Source of the DNA: Laetmonice hystrix
Taxonomy: Eukaryota
Assembly: GCA_965235115.1 (NCBI GenBank)
Contig: OZ249436.1
Span: 39,186,001-39,250,000 of the forward strand
DNA length: 64,000 nt
Direction of reading: 5' to 3'
The stretch's first letter is position 1. Every line of letters begins with the position of its first letter. The notes below the pieces were generated by a model. The model did not search any database. It was not told the DNA's origin and saw only the letters and a list, made by a program, of their open reading frames with translations. This document shows, in pieces, positions 27,001 to 39,000 of the stretch. Made by a program: the position numbers and the translations under genes.

Positions 27001-30000
27001 ATTGACCTGAATATTCAGGTCTATGAGCTAAGCAAGAGACGGTACAGGGGCAGATCCAGCTTTTTCAAGTAGGGGGGCCAACGTTTTTAGGGACGCAACC
27101 GGTGTGACTGTACGAGCGCCGAAGGCACAAAGCCTTGCTAGGGGGTCCAGGTGCATGCCCCCGGAAATTTTTCAAATTCAAGGTGTAATTTGGTGAAATC
27201 TGATGCATTTTGGAGCACAAAGCTATTTAAAGACCAATGATGTCAAAAGTCTTATGTAGCCCTACAATGCCGTGAGGCGCCATGAACGGCAGGAGGGGCG
27301 CCATGAAATATATATATTTTAGGGGGGTCCAGACCCTATGTGACCCCCTACCCTGGATCCGCCAGTGTGGTAGGACTAAGGTACACAGGGAAGCTGCAGG
27401 GGATCTAGGCCGCGGTTAGGCCCATATTAATTATAGAACAGCAAAGCATAGCCCTATCTCCTAAACACATGACATAGGCTTAGGCCTGCGAAGGTCAAGA
27501 TTAAAAATGATGAAAATCTATCTTTAATTTGCCTCCCATGGGCAATTCACCTTAAAAAGCTAGGCATAGGGAGTAGAAGAAGACCTGTAGATCTATCTAT
27601 TATTAGTATTAGGCCTAGCTTCAACTTCAAGGAGCCTTTGACCTTTTTAGGTCGCCAGCAAAAGTGGGGGGGACATGTCCCCCCCGTCCCCCCCGGCAGC
27701 GGCGCCCCTGTAGCTGTCTGCTTGGGCCCATCTCTTGGTCTAATCTTACTTTGCGCATGCTCCAACCACTGCTCTCCAGTTTGGGAGGAACGAAAAACTG
27801 ATATTCGCCAGTTCGGATAGTTGGAGCCACCTAGCGGTAAATGAAGAGAACTAAATCGCTGTTGACTTCCGGTCGGCCGAGTGCGTCGGCAGACGTCGAG
27901 CCTAGACGTATCAGCCTGGCCAAGAAAGGGCGAGATCTAACAATTGACAAAATCGGATGTAAAATTCAATGGTTACATAAATACCCGTCGACATGGGTTT
28001 ATTGTGATTGTTGCGACACATTCCCGGACTTATGTGCCATCCTAACCATTTTTAAGTAATTTAAGCGCATTTTTGGTGTCGCGGATGTTCATTTCCCCTA
28101 TTATCGCCGACGCGGAGCAAACTGTGCACGGAGCGTGATTCCAACACAATTTGTTGATCAAATTAATTTATAAATCCAGATTATTTGCCTTTTACTAGAA
28201 TTTTGTATTAGATCGAAAAGCCAAACGTATTTTTGTACTCTGGTGGCAGTAGCTACAAAGAGCAGCTGAGGATTCTACGGTATCCTCAAGAGGGCAGCAG
28301 CCGGTACCAGCATCATGAGCATGGGCCCGACTTCGGCATTATTTGCTTATTATTGACAATTTATTTTTGCACCGCGTAGATTCCATATGCATGGGCGTCG
28401 GAACCAGGGGACGGGGGGCGACCCCCCCCCCCCCCTTGTGATCCAAGTGGGGACCGGGGCCCCCCTCCCACACTGAAACTCACTCAGCCATTTTTATCAG
28501 CAATTATTTTGTCAATGATTGGCTTTGGCCAGAACAGGCCAGCCCCCCCCCCCCGCCCCTCCCCCTAAAACACTATATTGGGACCCCCCTCCCGCCCCCC
28601 CCCTAGAAAAATTATATTTGGACGCTATTGAAACGTGTTAATTACCCCACCCATATCCGGCCATGAAAGCAGCTGTTTGATATACTTCCATGAGCCTACT
28701 CGCCCCAATTTTGTGTTTAAAAAGGTTTGTCTCCATAACAAGTCTTTCTTAATATGGTTATTAATATTATCCATTGGTGGAACGTATTTAACAATTTATT
28801 CTTTTAATTCAAACTAACCAAAGCTATAGTTTCCTTTTCTTTATTAAACTTTGTAGGGAGGACATGTCAACTATGCTAAGTGAAACTGAAAGCACGATAA
28901 CAGGCGGAAAGTTGCTAACATTAAAATGAATCCCATTGAAGCATTTCTTATGCGAGAAAGAATAACGGCTCCTCTCATGATTTAAAAGGTCTTGCTTCAA
29001 TTGAAAAAAAGTTGTTTTATCTGACTAGAAATGATATAAAGCAACCAATACCATAACATACACAATTTTTGTATATTTTCCTTTATTATCAAAAAGACAC
29101 TACTGCTCCCTCACACACTTCCTTAAAACGTGTGGAAACTTACCTAATTCAACGTTGGTCGACAGTGATTTCCTTTGACAATAGACATCTTGATAAGCCA
29201 ATCATTGTACCAGAGTAAAAATAAGTTACTTGCCTTATTAATATTGATATTGGTGACGACTCCAGATGTGAGCGAGTAACATGAAAGACATAGGTACCTG
29301 TGCCCACAAATACCAAGGATCTGGCCAGAACTGTTTCATGATCAAACTTAAAGAGAGAAAACCTGTTGATCGACAGATGAATAGCCTGTCAGATATAATT
29401 ATAGTCCCCTTAATTGCCACAGGGCAATTAAGGGGACTAAAAATTCCACTTGTCCTCCTGTGCCATCCACGTGTCTCTAATACTTTTGTTGGTTCTCTGT
29501 TAGATCTTCAGGACCAGGTCCTATGAAAATGTCCGGAAAGAGAAACGTTATACATGTGTATAGTCCTAAACTGGAACTGAACCCCGGCCCCAAGATTACA
29601 GCACCCATTTGCTATACATGACCCCTAAACATTACCTGGTTTTCTTTCAAAGTAGTCGAATACAATCACCAATGTCTAGTACATGTATAGTTGTTAATAC
29701 ACCCTAGCTTCCGTTCAGCTATACACACCTGTGCTAAACTACATATCTAATGAGACTAATCTACTCTAATCAAATCTCACTTCCTAATCATGCTTTCTCT
29801 GACCACACAAAACCGGTGAGAGAAATCCTATCGAACCAATGTGCACTTGATTGACCCTAACTCATCACCTGGGCTATGGTGATGCAATTCTTCAGGTGAT
29901 CAATTATCACACTGGACTAAGCATATTACTCATCACTTATAGTGATGTAACTCCTCAGGTAATCAGTAATTATCACACTGGACTAAAACTAGTTTTAATT

Positions 30001-33000
30001 ATCCAATCTAGTTTAACTCTAATTTAATCCTAGCTGTCACCATCATTGTGATGTAAGCCATCAGGCTCAGTGAAATAGGATATCACACTGTTAAAACTAG
30101 TTTTAATGATTTAACTCTAGATAGCTTAATATGTATTGTTTAATAGGTTGTTGTTTAATAGGTTGGTAATTGATAATAAGTTGACTTTTTAATTGGTTTT
30201 TACTAAATTTGACAACTGCTGAATTGGTTGTAGAAGATATTTCGGACTGCTGAGACTATTATTAGCCGCACTCTTTTCACATGCCTGGCGCCACTGCAAG
30301 TCTATGAGCAAATATTTTTGCCGCCCACTGTCTCGTGGCAAAAAGTTCACGTGCCACAACTCAAAGTCTCAATACATGTCTGGACCTCATGGCAGGTGCC
30401 CTGGCTCCGGCACCTGTCCCCGTCACCCCGTCCACGCCTGCAGTCCTCACCGTCTGAACAACCGGCCACGCCTGCAGTCCTCACTCAGGGCCGTAGCCAG
30501 GATTGTTTCGGTGTTGGGGGGGGGGGGGGGGCTGACAAGAGCCGTAGGCGCGCGTCATCGAGCGCCGCAGGCACGAGTAAACGAAAAGGAGGGGGGTCGG
30601 GGGTACTCCCCCAGAAAATTTTGAAATTAGGAAGCCCGGAGATGCGATTTCCCAGCACTTGACTTTGGTTGAGGGGGGGGGGGGGGCCCTAGCTACGGCA
30701 GTGTCACTGTCTAAACAACGTCGGCGTCCGTAGCCCTCTGTAACTACCGCCGGCGTCACTTCCCTGCAGTTTGACCAGTAGGCCCCGACTGTCTGTCCTG
30801 TGACCACTCTCTTTGCAGTCCTCTGCCTGTCTGCCGTCTCCCACAGTCTGGCCGCCTCTCTCAGTCACTGTGCGACCCACCCGTTCACGTCACGTCCGGT
30901 GCCGCTGGTCAACCTCTTGACCACTCACAGGCCCATCTATTTTTAATCCAACTCAGCAGGTCCCCGGTAACCTCAATCAATGATGGCCTGCCGATTTAAA
31001 ACCAAGGGTGAACATGTTTCGTCTATCCAGTGACAAGTGAGTTGCAGTGATGCCCTTGTCCTTAGGCTTAGCTTAGGCTTGTCCGTGCACCGGAAGTCAA
31101 CAGACAAGGGTTCTCTTTTTGCTCGCTAGATGGCGCATGGGACTACCCGAACTCGGGAATAGCCATTTCGGAGTTACGAGTGCGCATGCTCGGCGATTCG
31201 ACCTTGACCAAGGTCACGATTGACGGAACCCAAACAAACGGCCAGGGAGGCATGTTCAACGAGTGTCAATCCTACTTTATCCTACTCATTCGCGCATTTC
31301 ATCAAAATTTATTGGGCCCAATCACTAAAAACATTTTTCATAGCGGTAGAACATATTAATCTTTAGGCATGGCAATTTTGATAATGATTTATTGCTAAGT
31401 TTATTAAATATGACTTTGGATACACCGACTCAGTCTCCCGGCAGACAGTGCTGTGCACCGCGCACGCTTCACCGATCTGCAAGCCGCTCTCGGCGGGGAG
31501 CAATTGAGCTCAGGTCCGTCAACACGACCCCCTCTCTCCCGCCCTGCCTGCTGTCAGTGGCAGTGCCCCAGGCTCGTCCTGTCTCGACTTTTTGTCATTT
31601 CATACTGTTTTCGACTAAGTCTTCGCGAACTACTGCTCCAAAATGTATGAAATTTATGGCTGAAATCGGCTGCGGGAGGGTGGGGCCGAGCATCCCAGGC
31701 AAGCGCGGGGAGAAAGACATGGGCTCCTCCCGGCACACCCGCCCGGGCCAGCCGTGCGCCAAAGCCCTGTGGCTTCACTCACTGCGTCGGTCTGAGGCGG
31801 GCGAGGTTTCAGCGAACTTCCCCTTTTCAACTGAAAAAACCGAACCTAGCGGACACAAAAACGGGATAAACAATTGATAATCCTAAATCTTCGTCAACCC
31901 ATCCATGATTTAACTCACTTTTCGGATCTAGGCCTAACATTTTAATGCAATGACCATGCAGTGTCGACAGTTGACAGCTCAAGGAAGCCTCTCCTCTTAT
32001 CGCGTCATGACAATCGGTACTTTCTCTACTGCTGCTGGATTAACTTCGGGCAGAAAATTCTTTCTTCTGCCTCAGGCTGTCAGTTAGACCTCTCCTTCAA
32101 CAATATGGCGTCAAATCTTCCACCTTCGATCTCTCAAAATTCTCTAACTTGCAAGTTTCTCCGTCGATCTTCAAATTCACCTCCGCCATCTTACCTTATT
32201 CAGGCATACCAGCGGTGACCACGTGCGTTTGTTTGGGTTCTAAACCCCAATCCCAATCCCACAATGCACCGCGCCAGCTGAGATACCGAAATGGCTTTAC
32301 CGGCGACGACATGCGAGATGCGATCACAGTGTGTTTGGGTTAGGGTAAAGGGTCTAGGCCTAGGGTTAGTGTTAGTTTTCACTTTAGCCCCAAAATTATT
32401 GTCAAATAGGCACTAATTGAGCAGTGGATCGTGATGTCGGTGTCAATAAGAAACATTCTATGTGCTAAATTGACACTGTTCGGTTCCATGTCGCTTCTTG
32501 CATCTCGCATGTCGTCGCCGGTATTGCGTTGAGCGAACCATAGACCATGCTGTATGGTCTATGAGCGAACGTTGACAGCTTATTTCTATAAGCAAAATTT
32601 GTTAGAACATAGGGGAAAACCACCGATCATAGTAAAGAGGATTGGCTAGGAATTAAGCCTACCGATGTCAGGGGATATATCAGGGTGGACACGGATCTCG
32701 GCAAGCTCCAGCCGTGGGTTTCGGCCGCCTGCATTCGTTGTGTTGACGGCAACCGCAGTGCGACTGGGCCGGGTCCTGGCCGTGGTTTCGACCGCCGGCG
32801 GGTGCTGACAGTGTCAGACTCTTGTGGTCACTTCAGCACAGACCTGTTTTAGTTGTGACTGTGACTGTGGGACTGACCCCCGTTGATTTTGCCGACCCGC
32901 CCCAGCTGCCTTTACTTTAGTCTAGTCTAGCCTAGCGCCTGCATACAATAGATTAGCCCCGAAACGTCACTTCCGGCCAGCCCAATAGCAACAAATGGCT

Positions 33001-36000
33001 GCGCCGCTGAAGCCAGTGATTTTGATACGGTTGTCATGTTCAGCATATGACTTCTTGGAATGGGGGGATATTTATTTCCAACCACTACTCTGAAAGGTGA
33101 GTGCATATAGAGGTCTTGCAGCTGTCCAAATGTGATTTTGGACTGGTCTTCTCCTTTAATGATTGAATGATTCACAGCACGTCTCCAAGGCCGCATGTGT
33201 CGGACAGTTCTACAGGTGTCTGCCTTTTGTGCCCAACACAATGAACTGTACGTTATCAGCCTTAATCATCACGCCCTCTGTTGGCATACGCCAGAAGTTT
33301 GGGTTGTCGCTGGATATGTTCTCCCTTGTAATGTTTTGAGTCCGTGCATTAATAACGATCGCTATGCTCGCATGCTCCTGGCGTCTACCCAAATGCTTAT
33401 GAAACACGTTAACGCAACGATCGCTATCTTCATCGTTCACTAATAACGCACGTATGCGTTATTAGTGTGCGTTCGCTGTTAGTTATGAAACGGGCCCCTG
33501 GTTCTATTCCAGATGGCATACTACTGTTCTGGCACGTCTTCCAACATTCAGACTTAGCCATCGGGGACTTCTCCCGATATTCAGACTTAGCTGTCTGGGC
33601 CTTCTCCCGATATTCAGACTTAGCCATTGGGACCTTCTCCCGATATAGGGCTGGACAGTCTCGTGTCCTGGATATGCAAATGACGCAAAATAACCTCAAA
33701 CCACTTGCGCTTTTGGGGCAAACAATGTGACATCACAAATTGCCCATAGGTTTAACATAGGCTCAGTAACAACAATTTCTAAAATCAGGCTGTAGTGTAA
33801 AAATTTTAACTTCTTACATGTAAAATGTACCTTTTCATTCAGTAAACTTGTTAGTTAATCATATTTGTAAAGCTCAATCTTGACTCAAAGTGCTCTCATT
33901 GGGGAGCAAAATTATTTTGAAGTTGACAGTCGCTGGTCCCTATGGGCGTAGCAATGCTAAACTAACGAGACTATCCTCTGTTTGTCTCCTTTCTCGCATG
34001 TTTGCATATCTAGGACACGAGAACTGGCCAGCCCTATTCAGACTTAGCCGTCTATGCCTCCTTTTTTCAGATGTTACTGTTCATCACCGGGTGTTGATAT
34101 CACGTATGTTGATCGGGGTTACTTTGATGAAACGAGGCTGCTTCCAATTCGCCAGTTAACGCTTGAGGACACCGGAAGCATAGACGAGCAGGCCTCGTAC
34201 ACCCTCGGACCGTTACGGTGTTATCACGGTAACACAGGCCTTTAGGGGATGATCATAAACCGGTATCCATTAATAAAGGGGGAGTCTAACCTCGAGATCA
34301 GAGATAAAATCTCATTGCTGTGAAGGGCCTTCTCTCTGATGTTAGGTTTATACATAGGCTGGTATGCGAACACCATTGGACATTAACTTTAGCCAGCTTT
34401 TTAAGATCAACAGAGCCATAGTCTTGAATTTTTTCTAATCATATCGGTTTGTTACAGCCTTCTCTAAGGAGGACGCAAAACTACAATGTAAGAGTGGCCA
34501 GTCGTACTTGCTTAGCGACCGATGCCTGTCCCAAACTGATCAATTCGGCGTTCTACTGGGATGCCGAGACTCGACACATCTTGAAGACTGTGGTCTGTGT
34601 AACTTCAGTTTCAGTAAATGCATAACATTTTGTTTGGGAAGCACGGCGACAGCTAAAACTGTAGCATTTATTAAAAGATGAGATGGAGATGAAGTATTAT
34701 TACCAAAATATTCTTGTATAATATACATATATTATAATTATTATATAACGTATTAGAAAGGGTGAACTTGCGGTCTGAATGTATTATAATTGTATGAGCT
34801 CATCTCAAAATTCAGGAAACTGACGAGATCTTCCGTTTTTGATTTTCAGAGAACTTTAACTGCCCTCCATCATTCTACAAATGCCCCCACAGTTTTTGTG
34901 TCGCTGCCAGTAAGGTCTGTGATGGGAAGATGAACTGCCTGGAGGGGGAAGATGAAAAAAGTTGTGGTTCGTACAATTAATTTGACATTAATCTGACAAC
35001 CCATTTAGCAGCACATGGCGTCGTAAAGACCTATCATTTTCATCACGAATTTCCATGTACTCTCTTTGTTCAAACTTAATATTCCGGTTTTGCTCCGCTT
35101 CAGATTCACACGCGTGTCCAGGAATAGTGAAATGTCACGGACACCAGAACTGTGTCCCACAGAGCCAGTTGTGTGATGGACAACGACAGTGTCCACAGGG
35201 AGACGACGAATGGTTCTGTAATGATATCTGTCCCGACGATTGTCTGTGCAATGGATTGACGTATTCCTGTGTCAACAAAACCATGTCCTATATCCCCTGG
35301 GAACTGACAAAACAAACAAGAAAACTCGATTTTCAAGGCAATCACTTGAATGTGACGACCATAACATTTAACAAATTTCCCAATATGATAGAACTTATAC
35401 TGTCCAGAAACTCCCTGGTTTCTCTACCACCCGCAGCGTTTGCTTCACTCGGGAATCTTCAACTTCTAGACCTGTCTGACAATGACATAAATGTTTTTGT
35501 CCAAGGGATGTTTCTTGGGTTGGGAAATATTCGTAAACTGTTTCTAAATGGCAATCCAATCATGTCAATAGAACCAGGGGCCTTTGTAGGTCTCAAAAAA
35601 CTTCCAAATCTAATCATGACCGGAATGACATTAAATACGATAAAGATGGGAACATTCCAAGGTCTCGAGAATTTAGAGTATTTAGACATATCGGGAAACG
35701 CAATTGAAACTCTAGAGCCCGATAGCTTACTAGAACTACAAAGTCTGAAACACCTGAAGATTTATAACAATCACCTTCAAACGTTCGAGAAGTCTGACTT
35801 CACTGGCCTGCGTCTGTTGGAGACCATGCACGGCGATGACTTCATGTTTTGTTGTTTTGTTAACATAAAAGATGACAATTGCCTGCCACCCCAGGACGAA
35901 CTCTCCTCATGCGAGGACCTGATGGAGAATAACATTCTGCGTAGCTTCCTGTGGATTCTGGGTATGATGGCACTTTTTGGAAACATTTTCGTCCATGCCT

Positions 36001-39000
36001 ATCGCGGTGCACGTAAAGACCGGGACCGGGTGCCAAGTCTGCTCATTCGGAACCTTTCCACCTCAGACCTCCTGATGGGAATCTACATGGTGGCAGTGGC
36101 GTCCGTTGATTCCTACTATCGGGGCGTCTACATTGAGAACGCGTCGAGTTGGAAGACTAGCACTTTCTGCCAGGTCCTGGGATGTCTGTCGTCCGTCGCC
36201 AGCGAAGCTTCTGTTCTTACCTTGCTCGCCATCACAGTCGATCGTCTGATAAATATTTTGTTTCCTCTGTCCCAGCACAAACTGACGCCTCGTTCGGCAC
36301 GCTACGTCATCGCTGCCGTTTGGATAATTGCCCTGCTCATCGGTGCCATCCCCCTCATTCCCGGGCCATACTTTCAAGGTCTTTACTATGCAAGGTCAGG
36401 CGTGTGTGTCTCTCTCTACATTACATCTGAAGAAACACCAGGCTGGGAATTCTCGTTCGCAGTATTTCACGGTCTGAACTTCGTTGTTTTCGTTTTTATC
36501 TTTGTTGCTTATGGCTACATGTATAACGTCATTAAATCGACAAGTGCCGTCGGGGCCAGCAATCAAAAGAAACGTGAAATGGCAGCTGCAAGAAAGATGA
36601 CTCTTATCGTAGCGACGGATTTCTGTTGTTGGGTCCCAATCAACATTATGGGTACGTTAATCCTTCAAAGACAGTTCTGTAATGAAAGTTGATGTTCACT
36701 CACTTATTATTCTGGTCACTCTTTATCTACTTTTATGGACCACCCTTCCTACTCTTGCTCCGATGGAAAAGAGAAGGGGGTCGTCCCGGTGCACGGTTTC
36801 TTCCTATCATCTCATGATTTTACCGACTGAGTTAGTTATACCTTGATCCCCCACCCGGATATAGCTAAAATACTGTTGACTGAGCGTTAAACACAAACTA
36901 CTCACTCATAGTCCAGTTGACAGTCCTATGTGTTCAATACACCAACCTAGAAATGTTCTTTCCTATGAATTTTTTTTGTTGATTTATACTCTAATGGGGT
37001 CCTAGAACAAATTCAACTTGGTTGCCCAAAGGGCAACTTTGGGCAAATCTCGTAATCTGCATAAATCCAAGATGGCCGCCCAACGCCACCTTGAAAATTT
37101 AACTTTTGAACCACTTGCCTTAGAATGATGTATAATACGTCATTTTAGGGGTTTTTGGGTATGTAGAATCCATTTCTGATGTTATTTTTTCAATTGAAGG
37201 TCAAGGTCAGGTCAAATTCAAGATGGCCGCCCAACGCTACCTTGAAAATTTAACTTTTGAACCACCTGCTTTAGAATGATGTATAATACGTCATTTTAGG
37301 GGTTTTTGGGTATGTAGAATCCATTTCTGATGTTATTTTTTCAATTTAAGGTCAAGGTCAGGTCAAATTCAAGATGGCCGCCCAACGCCACCTTGAAAAT
37401 TTAACTTTTGAACCACTTGCCTTAGAATGATGTATAATACGGTACGTCTTTTTAGGGGTTTTTGGGCATGTAGAATCCATTTTTGATGTTATCTTTTCAA
37501 TTGAAGGTCAAGGTCATTTCAAATTCAAGGTGGCCGCCCAACACCACCTTGAAAATTTAACTTTTGAACCACTTGCATTAGAATGATGTATAATACGTCT
37601 TTTTAGGGGGTTTTGGGTGTGTAGAATCAATCCAATTCTGATGTTATTTTTTCAATTGAAGGTCAAGGTCAGGTTAGGGTCTTAGAATGGCAATAAACGG
37701 CTGGTAACAAACAGGAGGCTCCCTTGTAAACCCACAGGAAACAGGCCAGCTAGTACCATGACTTCTCACTGTATTTTTCTTTTGAAATGCACGGGCATCA
37801 GGGGTAACCCAATTACTTTGACAATGTCCCTAAAGAGAAAAGTTGTATAGTCCTCTACAGGAATCGAACCCTGGCCCTAAGATTACTGCACCCATTCGCA
37901 TAGCATACTGTTTGGCCTCCGTGCACTGTTTGGCCTCACTGTACCTTTTGCCCTCACTGTATTGTTTGGCCTCACTATACTGTTTAGTGGGGTATATAGG
38001 GCCCTAATCATATAGGGAGGTGGCGGCGGCCGAGTGGGCATGGGCGTCGACACCTTATGCTATTATACATCATTCTAAGGCAAGTGGTTCAAAAGTTAAA
38101 TTTTCAAGGTGGCGTTGGGCGGCCATCTTGGATTTATGCAGATTACGAGATTTGCCCAAAGTTGCCCTTTGGGCAACCAAGTTGAATTTGTTCTAGGACC
38201 CCATTAGAGTATGAATCAACAAAAAAATTTCATAGGAAAGAACATTTCTAGGTTCCTGAAATTTCAACTGGACTATCAGTCACTCCGATGAGATTATTGA
38301 CGCATGGTAAAGTTGTCTCCGGGGATGTGATGATATTTTAAAAGAATCATACCGAGCTTGTAGAATCTGTTCTGACGGCGTGTAAACGTATTCAAACGAA
38401 CGCTTTGTGAGCAATCCTTGTCCAGGATTTATAATATTACGGAAAATATTCAGTTGCTTTCAATACTGTTGCAGGTGCTCTCGCTTTAAGCGGCTTGAAG
38501 ATTCCTGGCGAGATATATGCCTGGACCGTTGTTTTTATCCTCCCCCTTAACTCGGCACTGAATCCGATCCTCTACACTATATCATCCATAGATTTCAGGG
38601 TACGTTCTTAAGTACCCCGCTCATAAACTTCAAAATTAACTGTTTCTATGGTATGTATTCATCATTTTGATTGTGTTGGTGTTCCTTTTACGTTTTACAG
38701 AAGAAGCAGGATCTAGGTTCAGACTCCAAAAGTACTATGTCTTTGAATACATACAGAACATCCGGTGAGTTTATACTTTGTATAAAAATGTAGGATAAGA
38801 TATGATTATCATGGGACCACCAGCTTCTTATTCTTTGTAAGTGATTATACCCAATAAGTGAATTGTGAGCAGGGATTATACGTAGATGCAATAAAAGTTA
38901 TAAAGCACGTTGCATTATAATGCATTTCAGTGGTGATTAGTTCAAAGAAGGGGGAGGAAAATCTTTACACTTTGGACTCCTGGATTCGAAACCCTGATGT

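Larger units (their letters stand above)
24697..33497 (+). mobile_element. Harbinger-like element copy C, split by nested insertions
   Basis: Left part 24697-26132 and right part ~33169-33497 match copy A; ends GGCCCCGTTTCCTAAC and GTTATGAAACGGGCCC|CTG. Confidence 0.75.

Noticed and set aside
33527..33645. Possible CRISPR-like repeats
   Set aside because: Contiguous tandem units with no unique spacers, eukaryotic context, no cas genes.
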